This document shows, in pieces, positions 27,082 to 34,921 of a stretch of DNA of 45,806 nucleotides. How positions within the stretch are numbered: position 1 is the first letter of the stretch; every line of letters begins with the position of its first letter. Made by a program: the position numbers and the translations under genes. Under the pieces are notes generated by a model. That model worked only from the letters and a program-made list of their open reading frames with translations. It did not search any database and was not told the origin of the DNA. This DNA is from Patescibacteria group bacterium (GTDB taxonomy: Bacteria; Patescibacteriota; Minisyncoccia; Minisyncoccales; PEYH01). Location of the stretch: the NCBI GenBank assembly GCA_034722415.1, contig JAYENY010000006.1, forward strand, positions 1-45,806, written 5' to 3'.

Positions 27082-28359
27082 TTAAATATTTGGATTCGTT
27101 ACTCTACCCATAAACAGAATATTTCCCGTTAGATTATGTTCAATCAAAAACATAAATGGATGATCTGCGCGGAATGTTAATATTTTCGGTTCATTATTTG
27201 GGCCAGCTGATAATTCTTCCATTATAACGGCAGTAGCTGCAGCTGCCTCTGTCCCCTCTTCATTCACCTCAACAAAAGCTTGATGAATAACTTCGCTTAT
27301 AAACAAATCCTTATCCCCTGTCATCCCCGAAAAATCTGCTGAAGCTGATAGGGCGATAGGCATTCCCATCTCGCGTAAATCTTCAGCCATAAGATATTTA
27401 GTTTCAAACTTAAATTTAGGAATGAATATTTTAACTCTTTCTTCTTTTAACTCTTCTTTCCATTTTAATAAGTTTTGAGAATTAAATAAATTTTCTAACT
27501 TGTCCAGATTATCCTCTTTTGGAAGAAAAATTAACATAGACAATTCTTCACCCGAATAAGGCATTTCTAAAATCTGAAGATCTTCATTCTCTGCGTAATT
27601 GAATCTTGCCTCTTTGTCAGTACGTTCCATCATTGAAACTCTAACAATATTATTTTTGTCTATCTTAAAATCTTGGTCCCTAGTATTGTCTTCGTCAAAT
27701 TGTTGGACCCAACTCCCCTTGAAATAAATAGCATTTGTAAGGACTAATCTTGTGGCTGGATTAAGAACGTTTTTAGGGATTAAATCCTTTATTTTATTAT
27801 TTGTTTTCTCCTCCACCCAATTATTAATTATTATTCTTGCTTTTTCAGCATTTCTCTGAAAATCTACATTTGTTACTTTTCCACCATAATATTGGTCTAT
27901 GATATTAAAATAATCATTTAAAAACTCAAAATTCTTTTCCGCCCAAAGTGCGTTGGCTGTATGTAGCTTATAATCTTTATCTTCTCTATTTATCTCACCG
28001 AACATTTTAGCATATTCTGTTCTTCGTCTCTCATCATCGTCGGGGAAATAAAATACTGAACGCATTTGTTCGGCAGTCTCTCCTCTTGCCCCTTCATATG
28101 TCATTGCTAAAGAAGAAGACATGCTATAAGGCGAGAAAAAAATATTGCCTTCCTCTTTGTTTTTTAAATAATAATAAAAATCCAAAGCAAATTCATTATT
28201 AGCTTCGGTAACATTAGCTACGTCTTCTGGGTCTATCTTTGTTCTTGGAGTTACAGGATTTAATCCTGGAATATAAAATTCGTCTTCTTGAAATAGAAAT
28301 ATAGCAATAGCAACAATGACCAACCCTATTATTATAATTGTGAAAATTTTCCAATTCAT
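27082..28359 (-). CDS. serpin (serine protease inhibitor) with an N-terminal membrane anchor or signal
   Basis: Track ORF of 425 aa. FFSPYSMSSSLAMTYEGARGETAEQM. Inhibitory-type hinge EEGTEAAAATAV. FRADHPFMFLI. N-terminal hydrophobic helix IFTIIIIGLVIVAIAIFLF. Confidence 0.88.
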   Translation of the reverse strand: MNWKIFTIIIIGLVIVAIAIFLFQEDEFYIPGLNPVTPRTKIDPEDVANVTEANNEFALDFYYYLKNKEEGNIFFSPYSMSSSLAMTYEGARGETAEQMRSVFYFPDDDERRRTEYAKMFGEINREDKDYKLHTANALWAEKNFEFLNDYFNIIDQYYGGKVTNVDFQRNAEKARIIINNWVEEKTNNKIKDLIPKNVLNPATRLVLTNAIYFKGSWVQQFDEDNTRDQDFKIDKNNIVRVSMMERTDKEARFNYAENEDLQILEMPYSGEELSMLIFLPKEDNLDKLENLFNSQNLLKWKEELKEERVKIFIPKFKFETKYLMAEDLREMGMPIALSASADFSGMTGDKDLFISEVIHQAFVEVNEEGTEAAAATAVIMEELSAGPNNEPKILTFRADHPFMFLIEHNLTGNILFMGRVTNPNI

Positions 28360-28413
28360 ATTAATCTTCTTATTAATTATTCTTATCCTTTATCTTAACA
28401 TGATTTAAATAAT

Positions 28414-28477
28414 AAAAAATCCAACCTTGCGGTTGAAAAAAATTGAAGGGGCCAAGACTATAGTCCTAGCTCCCTTC
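28414..28477 (-). terminator. two tandem intrinsic terminators ending cassette C
   Basis: Minus strand reads GAAGGG-A-GCTAGGAC-TATA-GTCTTGGC-C-CCTTC then AATTTTTTT. This is followed by CAACC-GCAA-GGTTG then GATTTTTT. Confidence 0.7.
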
Positions 28478-28486
28478 GTATTGTTC

Positions 28487-28642
28487 CTAACTCGTTGCGT
28501 CAGGAAGCCTATCTCTAATCGTGAGCGGTTCATGCCCAGATCTCTGCATTCTAACGCGGCGAAGATATTCGAGCCACCTGGCTTCCCGATCTTTTTTAGC
28601 ATTAGTCACCGCTGAAATCTTAGCGCAACCTGCTGCCTTCAT
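28487..28642 (-). CDS. 51-codon basic small ORF (cassette C), coding status uncertain
   Basis: Not in the track. My translation is MKAAGCAKISAVTNAKKDREARWLEYLRRVRMQRSGHEPLTIRDRLPDATS. GAGGGAGGG (28651-28659) lies 8 nt upstream of the ATG (28640-28642). The stop TAG is 10 nt before the terminator stem. Confidence 0.4.
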   Translation of the reverse strand: MKAAGCAKISAVTNAKKDREARWLEYLRRVRMQRSGHEPLTIRDRLPDATS

Positions 28643-28848
28643 TAATACCACCCTCCCTCGATCTCCTTAAACTCCGAACTAATTCAGAGACTAAGGAAAT
28701 ATAGAGAGGAGAAGGTGGCGCCATTGCTTGCCACCTTCTCCGAACAGGGCTCTCAACCCATGGGAACAATCGGAGAAAAATTATTTTAACTTTCCTTCGA
28801 TTGCTCCCGGAGGGAGGAGCAATCATTGTGAAATGTACTAGAGAGTAC
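28643..28848 (-). ncRNA. approx. 200-nt G+C-rich structured leader, or the 5' part of an unclassified ncRNA (cassette C)
   Basis: Minus-strand hairpins: GTACT-CTCT-AGTAC; ATTGCTCC-[TCCCTCCG]-GGAGCAAT; a perfect 11-bp GAGAAGGTGGC/GCCACCTTCTC stem that competes with TTCTCCG/CGGAGAA; and AAGGAAA/TTTCCTT. The loop CCTCCCTC is complementary to the downstream SD GAGGGAGG. Confidence 0.4.
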
Positions 28849-28854
28849 ACCAAT

Positions 28855-28883
28855 ACCATATCATACTCTCTCTAGCTTGTCAA
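28855..28883 (-). promoter_or_regulatory. putative promoter of cassette C (TTGACA-N17-TATGGT with extended TG)
   Basis: Minus-strand TTGACA at 28878-28883, just upstream of the stop codon (28872-28874) at the 3' end of the HIT gene. TGA-TATGGT with the -10 hexamer at 28855-28860. Confidence 0.5.
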
Positions 28884-29273
28884 TAGCTGAACAACTTCTT
28901 CAAAATCATTTCCTTTATATACTCCTCTTGGCAACATTTTAACCATGTCCTCTTTATATCTTGGAACAACATGAAAATGGATATGATCTATCTGTTGTCC
29001 AGCCATAATTCCATTTCTCTGAAAAATATTAATAGCTTCCGCATTTAATTTTTCCTTCAGTAATTTTGCAACTTTCTGAACCTCAACTATCAATTTTTGC
29101 AATTCATCGGATGATATATCAAACACATCCTGATAGTGTTTCTTTGGAATAACTAACGAATGTCCTCTTGTGTAGGGATTAATGTCCAAAAACACAAAAA
29201 CGTTATCTGTCTCGTATACTTTGTGTGCTAAAATCTGACCCTTTAGTATTTTACAAAAAATACAATTTTCCAT
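28872..29273 (-). CDS. HIT (histidine triad) family hydrolase
   Basis: Track ORF of 133 aa. CIFCKI N-terminus and the HIHFHVVPR histidine triad. Confidence 0.9.
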   Translation of the reverse strand: MENCIFCKILKGQILAHKVYETDNVFVFLDINPYTRGHSLVIPKKHYQDVFDISSDELQKLIVEVQKVAKLLKEKLNAEAINIFQRNGIMAGQQIDHIHFHVVPRYKEDMVKMLPRGVYKGNDFEEVVQLLTS

Positions 29274-29364
29274 AATTTTCTATTTTTATCTCCTTTCCTT
29301 TACTAATTTTGAAGGGAAAAATAAGCAAATGCAGAAATAGAGACAAATATATAGTGATAAATAA

Positions 29365-30444
29365 TTATTTAATAATTCCTGCTCCTAGACAAACGCTACC
29401 GTTATAAAAAGCAGCAATTTGACCAGGCGTAATAGCTTTTTGAGGCTCTTTAAAAATCAATTTCCAATCCACTTGTGCCGAGCCTCCTAAGGCTAAGGTA
29501 GCTTTAGATAAAGACTGTCTGTACCGAATCCTTGCTGTAACTTTTATCGGGCTTTCTGGCTTTTTATTAGAAATAAAGTTTACATCTGATAGGAATACTT
29601 CTTTATTAAAAAGTTCTAAGCTTTTTGAATCGTTAGTTACTATTAATATATTATTTTTTTTATCAAAATCTATTACCCAAAATGGACCTTGGGCTAACTT
29701 GATTCCTTTTCTCTGTCCAATGGTATAAAAATGAAGCCCTTGATGATTTCCTAAAACATTGCCATCTATGTCACAAATTTTTCCCGGCTTATTGCCAATC
29801 TCTTGTTCTAAAAAGTCTGGCATTAATTTATTATTCACGAAACAAAGATCTTGACTTTCTCGAGAAATAAACTCAATCTCTTCTTTTTTAGCAATTTGAT
29901 AAATTTCTTTTTTTGTATAACCTCCTAATGGCAAAATTAATTTTGAAAGATATTTCTGGTTTAATAGAGACAAAAAATATGTTTGGTCTTTTTCTTCATC
30001 TTTTGCTCGCAGTAATTGAAAATTAGAATTATCTTTTTCCACTCGAGCATAATGGCCAGTTGCGATATAGTCAGCATTCTTTTCCTCAGCAAAATTTAAA
30101 AGAGAAGCGAGTTTTACATCGCGATTACAAAAAACACAAGGACTTGGAGTTTGATTTTTCTTTAAGCTTTCTAAAAAATAATCTATAATACTTTTTTTAA
30201 ATTCTTTCGATGCGTCAACAATAAAATGAGGAGTTCCATATTTTTCACAAACTCTTTTAGCTCTCTTAAGGCTATCCTCTGAACAACAAAAATTTTCTTT
30301 TAATTTATTTTTCGGATTTTCCCAAAAAGCAAACTTTAGAGAAACTCCCAACACTTCAAAACCCTGTTCTTTTAAAAGAAACAGGGCAACTGAGGAATCA
30401 ACTCCTCCAGACATTCCTAATGCTACTGTCTTCTTACTTCCCAT
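29365..30444 (-). CDS. mnmA: tRNA-specific 2-thiouridylase MnmA
   Basis: Track ORF 29365..30465. I prefer the start at MGSKKTVALGMSGGVDSSVA (30444, PP-loop), which avoids overlap with iscU. Confidence 0.9.
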   Translation of the reverse strand: MGSKKTVALGMSGGVDSSVALFLLKEQGFEVLGVSLKFAFWENPKNKLKENFCCSEDSLKRAKRVCEKYGTPHFIVDASKEFKKSIIDYFLESLKKNQTPSPCVFCNRDVKLASLLNFAEEKNADYIATGHYARVEKDNSNFQLLRAKDEEKDQTYFLSLLNQKYLSKLILPLGGYTKKEIYQIAKKEEIEFISRESQDLCFVNNKLMPDFLEQEIGNKPGKICDIDGNVLGNHQGLHFYTIGQRKGIKLAQGPFWVIDFDKKNNILIVTNDSKSLELFNKEVFLSDVNFISNKKPESPIKVTARIRYRQSLSKATLALGGSAQVDWKLIFKEPQKAITPGQIAAFYNGSVCLGAGIIK

Positions 30445-30826
30445 CTCTTTTTGAACGATAATCATCTACTGCGGCATGTAGTGCATCAATTGCTAAGATA
30501 GAACAATGAACCTTTATGTCAGGCAATTCTCCTAGCTCTTTTAAAACATTATTTTTGTTCAGCTTTAGCGCTTGATTAATTGTTTTTCCTTTTGCTAGTT
30601 CTGTGATTATACTACTAGAAGCTAATGCGGCAACGCATCCAAAAGTTTCAAAGGAAATATCCTGAATAACCTCTTCTCCTTTTTTATTCTTATTAATCTT
30701 TATATAAAGCCAAAGCACATCTCCACAAACTGGATTGCCAACTTTTCCTAACCCATCATAATCCTTTAGTTTTCCATAATTATGAGGATTTCTAAAAGCT
30801 TCGATGACTTTTTTAGAATAAGGCAT
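30434..30826 (-). CDS. iscU: IscU/NifU-like Fe-S cluster scaffold protein
   Basis: Track ORF of 130 aa. Three conserved Cys contexts (NPVCGD, FGCVAA, HCSILA). Confidence 0.88.
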   Translation of the reverse strand: MPYSKKVIEAFRNPHNYGKLKDYDGLGKVGNPVCGDVLWLYIKINKNKKGEEVIQDISFETFGCVAALASSSIITELAKGKTINQALKLNKNNVLKELGELPDIKVHCSILAIDALHAAVDDYRSKRDGK

Positions 30827-30827
30827 A

Positions 30828-31970
30828 TTAAAATGGCGAAATTTTTCTTAATTTTTCAACTATGTCTTTTAAAACTTCCAAAGTTTTATTAATCTCTTCC
30901 TTTGTATTAAATCGACTCAAGCTAAATCGCACAGTGCTGTTAACTTCCTGAGGAGTTAATCCAATAGACAATAATGATTGATTAGACTCCAAAGAATGAG
31001 AAGAACATGCAGAGCCTGTGGCCACACATATTCCTTCTAAGTCTAAGGAAGCAACGGTTGCCTCTCCTTCTATTCCAAAAAATGTAGCACTTAAAATATG
31101 ACACAATCCATTCTCATCTTGCGGTCCATTTATTTTGACTTTTGAAATCTCAAGTAATCCTTGTCTTAATTGATTTTTTAATCCAGCGATGTATTCAATG
31201 TGCTTTTTATCTAATCCAATTTCTACTGCCTTTGCAAAGCCAACAATTCCTGGAACGTTGTCGGTTCCAGAACGCATTCCTCTTTCATGTCCTCCACCAT
31301 GCTGATATGACTCTATCTTTGTTCCTTTTCTAATATATAGTGCGCCGACACCTTTTGGCCCATGAATTTTATGACCATTTATGCTTATTAAATCTACTAA
31401 TTGTTTTTCAACATCGATCTCTGTTTTGGTATAACTCTGGCAAGCATCAATATGAAAATAGACATCATTCTTTTTGCAAATCTTAGCGATTCTTTCTAAA
31501 TTTTGGATAGTGCCAATTTCGTTTTGACCATGGATCACAGAAACTAAAATAGTTTCTGATTTAATCTCTTTTTCTAGATCCTCTGGATTAACAAATCCAT
31601 TTTCATCAACGCCTAAAATACTTATTTCAAATCCTTGTGTCTCAAGCCATTTGTAAACATTTAAAACTGATTTATGTTCAACTTTTGTAGTAATAATATG
31701 ATTGCCCTTGTCCTTGTTCGCAAAAGCAACTCCTTTAATCGCAAAATTATTTGATTCTGTTCCTCCAGAAGTAAAGACTATCTCTTCTGGGTTAGCCTTG
31801 ATAGATTCAGCGATAATGCTTCTTGCTTTATTCATTGCTTCTTTGGCTCTTTCTCCCATTTGATGAGGTGAAGAAGCGTTTCCATAATTTTTCTCAAAAA
31901 AAGGAAGCATTTCTTCGAATGCTAAAGGATCAATTTTAGTTGTAGATGCATTATCTAAATATATTGTCAT
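30828..31970 (-). CDS. iscS: cysteine desulfurase (IscS/NifS family, PLP-dependent)
   Basis: Track ORF 30828..31997. The likely start is MTIYLDNASTT (31970). SINGHKIHGPKG (PLP Lys) and the GSACSS active-site Cys loop. Confidence 0.9.
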   Translation of the reverse strand: MTIYLDNASTTKIDPLAFEEMLPFFEKNYGNASSPHQMGERAKEAMNKARSIIAESIKANPEEIVFTSGGTESNNFAIKGVAFANKDKGNHIITTKVEHKSVLNVYKWLETQGFEISILGVDENGFVNPEDLEKEIKSETILVSVIHGQNEIGTIQNLERIAKICKKNDVYFHIDACQSYTKTEIDVEKQLVDLISINGHKIHGPKGVGALYIRKGTKIESYQHGGGHERGMRSGTDNVPGIVGFAKAVEIGLDKKHIEYIAGLKNQLRQGLLEISKVKINGPQDENGLCHILSATFFGIEGEATVASLDLEGICVATGSACSSHSLESNQSLLSIGLTPQEVNSTVRFSLSRFNTKEEINKTLEVLKDIVEKLRKISPF

Positions 31971-32132
31971 AAAACTTAATGGACCCTGCGTTTTCATTCT
32001 AGGGTTTTCCGGGTATTTTCTCCAAAATGGTTGTCCTCACGAATATCCTAAAAGGATATGCAAATATTGGATTCCCGTAAGAAAGTATAGTGCCGAAAAA
32101 TGATCTAGAAGATAACAACAGAGTCCACATTC

Positions 32133-32162
32133 ATAGTACTGATAAATAAGAGGCGCTGTCAA
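32133..32162 (-). promoter_or_regulatory. putative promoter of the iscS-iscU-mnmA operon (TTGACA-N18-TACTAT)
   Basis: Minus-strand TTGACA at 32157-32162 and TACTAT at 32133-32138. This leaves a leader of about 130-155 nt before iscS. Confidence 0.45.
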
Positions 32163-32166
32163 GCAA

Positions 32167-32754
32167 TTACATTACATCATCTTCGGCTCTCTTATAGTCA
32201 AAAATTTCTTCTGGAGCAAACCAAAAGCTTATTTCATGTTCCGCCTCTTCTGGTGTCTCAGAAGCATGAACTAAATTACGAACAGATCGCTTGTCTCGAT
32301 TTGCAGCAGTAGGGTCATCTACTGAAAAATCACCTCGAATAGTTCCCATATCAGCATCAGCTGGCATTGTTGGTCCAACTATTTTCCTTACCATTTTAAT
32401 AGCGTGAATACCTTCTATTACTACTTTAACCATTGGTCCTGATGTCAAATATTCAATAAGCCAGGTTCTTACTAATTTACCCACTTCTAAAGAATCATCA
32501 CTACCTAACTCTTTCTTAGCATCAAAACCATGCTCTTTGTAATTGCTCAAAGTTTTTTCGCCCAATCGCTTAATCCAAGTCTCGTCTTGAGGGTAATGCC
32601 GGTCTACTTGAGATTTGTCAGCCCAAAACATTCGCAAAGCGATAATTTTTAACCCTCTTCTTTCTATTCTGCTAACTATTTCTCCGGCCAATCCCCTTTT
32701 TACTGAGTCTGGCTTAAGAATAAGAAGGGTTCGTTCTTTTTTTGGATGAGACAT
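32167..32754 (-). CDS. ndk: nucleoside diphosphate kinase (long form, 195 aa)
   Basis: Track ORF. ERTLLILKPDSVKRGLAGEIVSRIERRGLKIIALRM and NLVHASE (active-site His). Confidence 0.9.
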   Translation of the reverse strand: MSHPKKERTLLILKPDSVKRGLAGEIVSRIERRGLKIIALRMFWADKSQVDRHYPQDETWIKRLGEKTLSNYKEHGFDAKKELGSDDSLEVGKLVRTWLIEYLTSGPMVKVVIEGIHAIKMVRKIVGPTMPADADMGTIRGDFSVDDPTAANRDKRSVRNLVHASETPEEAEHEISFWFAPEEIFDYKRAEDDVM

Positions 32755-33563
32755 ATATCTTTTTCTTTACTTGTTTGTAAAACCTTTATACCAGATTCTT
32801 CAAGTCTTGCCAAGACAATCGGAGACGGGTGTCCATAAGAATTATCTCTGCCTACAGAGATTATGGCCAAATCTGGATCCACTGCTTTTAAAAATTCTTC
32901 CGAGCTTGAAGTTTTGCTCCCATGATGAGGCACCTTTAAAATGTCTGCCTTTAATAGGATTTCATTTTCAATTAGGGCATTCTCTATAGTTTTAGAAATA
33001 TCACCGGTAAAAAGAATCTTCTCTTCATCTGTATTAAGCATCATAACAATCGATGTATCGTTCATGGCACTAACTTGCCTTCCTTCTAGCGATTGAAACG
33101 GATACAAAATTTCAAAAAATCTTTCCCCTGGCAAATGAATTACTAATCCTCTTTCTGCAATCCAGATGTTTGATCCTTCGTTTTTAATAGCTTCTTGCCA
33201 TTCTTCGAAAAGAGAACTCTTTCCAATGGCTCCTGTCCATAAAATATTTTTTATCTCGTAATTTTCTAAAACTTCCAAAAATCCAAAAACATGATCCTTG
33301 TCTGAATGAGTTAGAATAATCAAATCGATTGTTCTATCCCAAAAAGGCATTCTTTGTTCTAATTTTTTAATAAGAGTATTATCTGGCCCTGAATCAATTA
33401 AAACCTGATGTCCTTGTGAAGTTTCAATAAAAATGCTATCGCCTTGTCCAATATCTAAAAAACAAACCTCAAGACCTTTGTCTTGAGATTGTTCAAAAAT
33501 TATTGACCAAGAAAAAAGATTCAGAATAAATAGGATAATTAAAATAGTGGTTTTTTTCTGCAT
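32700..33563 (-). CDS. ComEC/Rec2-type metallo-beta-lactamase-fold protein (stand-alone MBL domain with an N-terminal TM helix)
   Basis: Track ORF of 287 aa. DIGQGDSIFIE...VLIDSG, LTHSDKDH, PHHGS motifs. The 3' end overlaps the ndk start by 55 nt. Confidence 0.75.
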   Translation of the reverse strand: MQKKTTILIILFILNLFSWSIIFEQSQDKGLEVCFLDIGQGDSIFIETSQGHQVLIDSGPDNTLIKKLEQRMPFWDRTIDLIILTHSDKDHVFGFLEVLENYEIKNILWTGAIGKSSLFEEWQEAIKNEGSNIWIAERGLVIHLPGERFFEILYPFQSLEGRQVSAMNDTSIVMMLNTDEEKILFTGDISKTIENALIENEILLKADILKVPHHGSKTSSSEEFLKAVDPDLAIISVGRDNSYGHPSPIVLARLEESGIKVLQTSKEKDICLIQKKNEPFLFLSQTQ

Positions 33564-33604
33564 TACCTAATTCTATCTGAAATTTCTTCAAAAGAAAACT
33601 CTTT

Positions 33605-34120
33605 TTATTCTGGGCTAATCTTAAAAAATTTTTCCATAAGAATCCCATTGATAATAGAAAATAAGATCATATAGAAAGTAAGCACTACTACAAATGTTGG
33701 TCCAAAATAATAAATCATCATCGGTAAAATAGAAATCTTAACTGCTCGGTTATAGAAAAAAGTAACTACGAAAGCGTCTCTCATCCCGTGCTCTTTCAGC
33801 TCTGATAAGAATGGATACCACATATATGATGGGCCAGTAGACAAAATCCCTCCAATAATTGATATAAGCCACCCTTTAATGCCGGCGTTTTTTCCTAATG
33901 ACCTGGTTATTTTTTTTGCATTAAAAAATGAGTTTGAAAGAAACATAAAAAAGACTACCAGAGCGAATATAGGAAAAATCTGTTTCAACAGCTGTAAAAA
34001 TGCTAGAAAAGATTGCTTTGCCAAAGGAAAATTTACTAATGCTAAAATTAGATATAATGCTATAACTAATAAAAGAAAAATCAATTTGCCATTATTCTTT
34101 TTTGAAAAATCTTTATTCAT
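33605..34120 (-). CDS. small permease subunit (two-component/split permease family, tentative)
   Basis: Track ORF of 171 aa, 4-5 TM. Overlaps the upstream partner by 4 nt. Family assignment is from memory of paired approx. 150-170-aa permease genes. Confidence 0.5.
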   Translation of the reverse strand: MNKDFSKKNNGKLIFLLLVIALYLILALVNFPLAKQSFLAFLQLLKQIFPIFALVVFFMFLSNSFFNAKKITRSLGKNAGIKGWLISIIGGILSTGPSYMWYPFLSELKEHGMRDAFVVTFFYNRAVKISILPMMIYYFGPTFVVVLTFYMILFSIINGILMEKFFKISPE

Positions 34121-34542
34121 AAAAATGATAAAGTTAAAGTCGTTAAAACAGCAATGGCTAACGCGCTAACAAAGCTCAATAAATTTCTGGTCATGGCAAA
34201 CTTCTTTCCAAAGACCAAAGCTTCTGCTGGTAATTGGAATACTCCAACAGTTACCCATGATAAAATAAAGGCAATAACAGCAATTAAACTTACCCCGTGA
34301 TTTAAAAGCTCTCCTCCTATAATATAGCTTGTTACGGGTTGTCCAATAGCAACACTCCCTAATGTAGCTCCAAGCAAGGGGTCAATAATTTTATTGCCTA
34401 CAAATATTACGTTATAAAAATCTTTTGGCACCACTGTTATAAATAAAGCGACCAACATAATTACTCCCAAAATCATTGGAATAATTTGCTTAAAACTTTT
34501 AAGCGTTTTTATAAAATTTTCTTTTATTCTTAATAAAGTCAT
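34117..34542 (-). CDS. small permease subunit (partner of 33605..34120)
   Basis: Track ORF of 141 aa, about 4 TM. Translationally coupled (ATGA-type 4-nt overlap). Confidence 0.5.
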   Translation of the reverse strand: MTLLRIKENFIKTLKSFKQIIPMILGVIMLVALFITVVPKDFYNVIFVGNKIIDPLLGATLGSVAIGQPVTSYIIGGELLNHGVSLIAVIAFILSWVTVGVFQLPAEALVFGKKFAMTRNLLSFVSALAIAVLTTLTLSFL

Positions 34543-34559
34543 TTTAAATATTTGAAACT

Positions 34560-34841
34560 TTAAACACTTGGAAGAATCTTAATTGCTTTTCCTCCAACTA
34601 TAGCTTCAGTCATTTTTTTATAAGCTGAACAAAGAATTCTCTGGAAAGTGCTTTGAGATGTATTCATTCTTTTAGCGCACTCTGTTTGATCTAAATCTTT
34701 AATATTCCTTAACCGTAAAGCTTCTACTTCTTCAATGGTTAATTCAACCACCTCTAAGCGACTCATAGGCACTCCTTGTGGCTTATAATATTTAACATTT
34801 GGGGAAAACCTTATTCTTCTTTTATGTCTTGGTCTTGGCAT
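34560..34841 (-). CDS. DUF134 (UPF0251) family putative DNA-binding protein
   Basis: Track ORF of 93 aa. MPRPRHKRRIRFSPNVKYYKPQGVP...LTIEEVEALRL...SQSTFQRIL matches my memory of DUF134. Confidence 0.7.
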   Translation of the reverse strand: MPRPRHKRRIRFSPNVKYYKPQGVPMSRLEVVELTIEEVEALRLRNIKDLDQTECAKRMNTSQSTFQRILCSAYKKMTEAIVGGKAIKILPSV

Positions 34842-34870
34842 AATTTTAGTATTATGATAATTTTAATTCA

Positions 34871-34920
34871 AGAAGGCCTTTTCCCCGCCCCTAAAAAGGA
34901 GCGGGGTCTCTGGGCCTTCT
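34871..34920 (-). other. nested G+C-rich stem-loop between the DUF5320 and DUF134 genes
   Basis: Outer AGAAGGCC/GGCCTTCT (8 bp). Inner CCCCGCTCC/GGGGCGGGG (9 bp including one G:U) with loop TTTTTA on the minus strand. Not followed by a U-run. Confidence 0.55.
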
Positions 34921-34921
34921 T

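Noticed and set aside
28436-28848. Cassette C as RNase P RNA, tmRNA or SRP RNA (size and G+C content fit)
   Set aside because: I looked for the RNase P CR-I/CR-V pair (GGAAAGUCC... / ...GGCUUA forming P4). GGAAAGTT (near 28790) and AGGCTT (near 28505) occur, but they cannot form P4, and no S-domain motifs are seen. There is no tRNA-like acceptor/T-arm (GGTTCGAATCC...CCA) or ...ALAA tag frame for tmRNA. There is no GGAA-tetraloop/GGAAGCAGCC helix-8 motif for SRP RNA. A covariance-model scan is still needed to be sure.
28405-28859. Track ORFs 28405..28602 (65 aa), 28427..28615 (+, 62 aa) and 28620..28859 (79 aa) as protein-coding genes
   Set aside because: They have no SD or sensible start context. 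Their sequences are odd and low-complexity (for example APPSGSNRRKV..., RRRWQAMAPPSP). They also run through the promoter, hairpins and terminators I infer for cassette C. The region is better explained by a structured RNA plus the SD-preceded 51-codon ORF.
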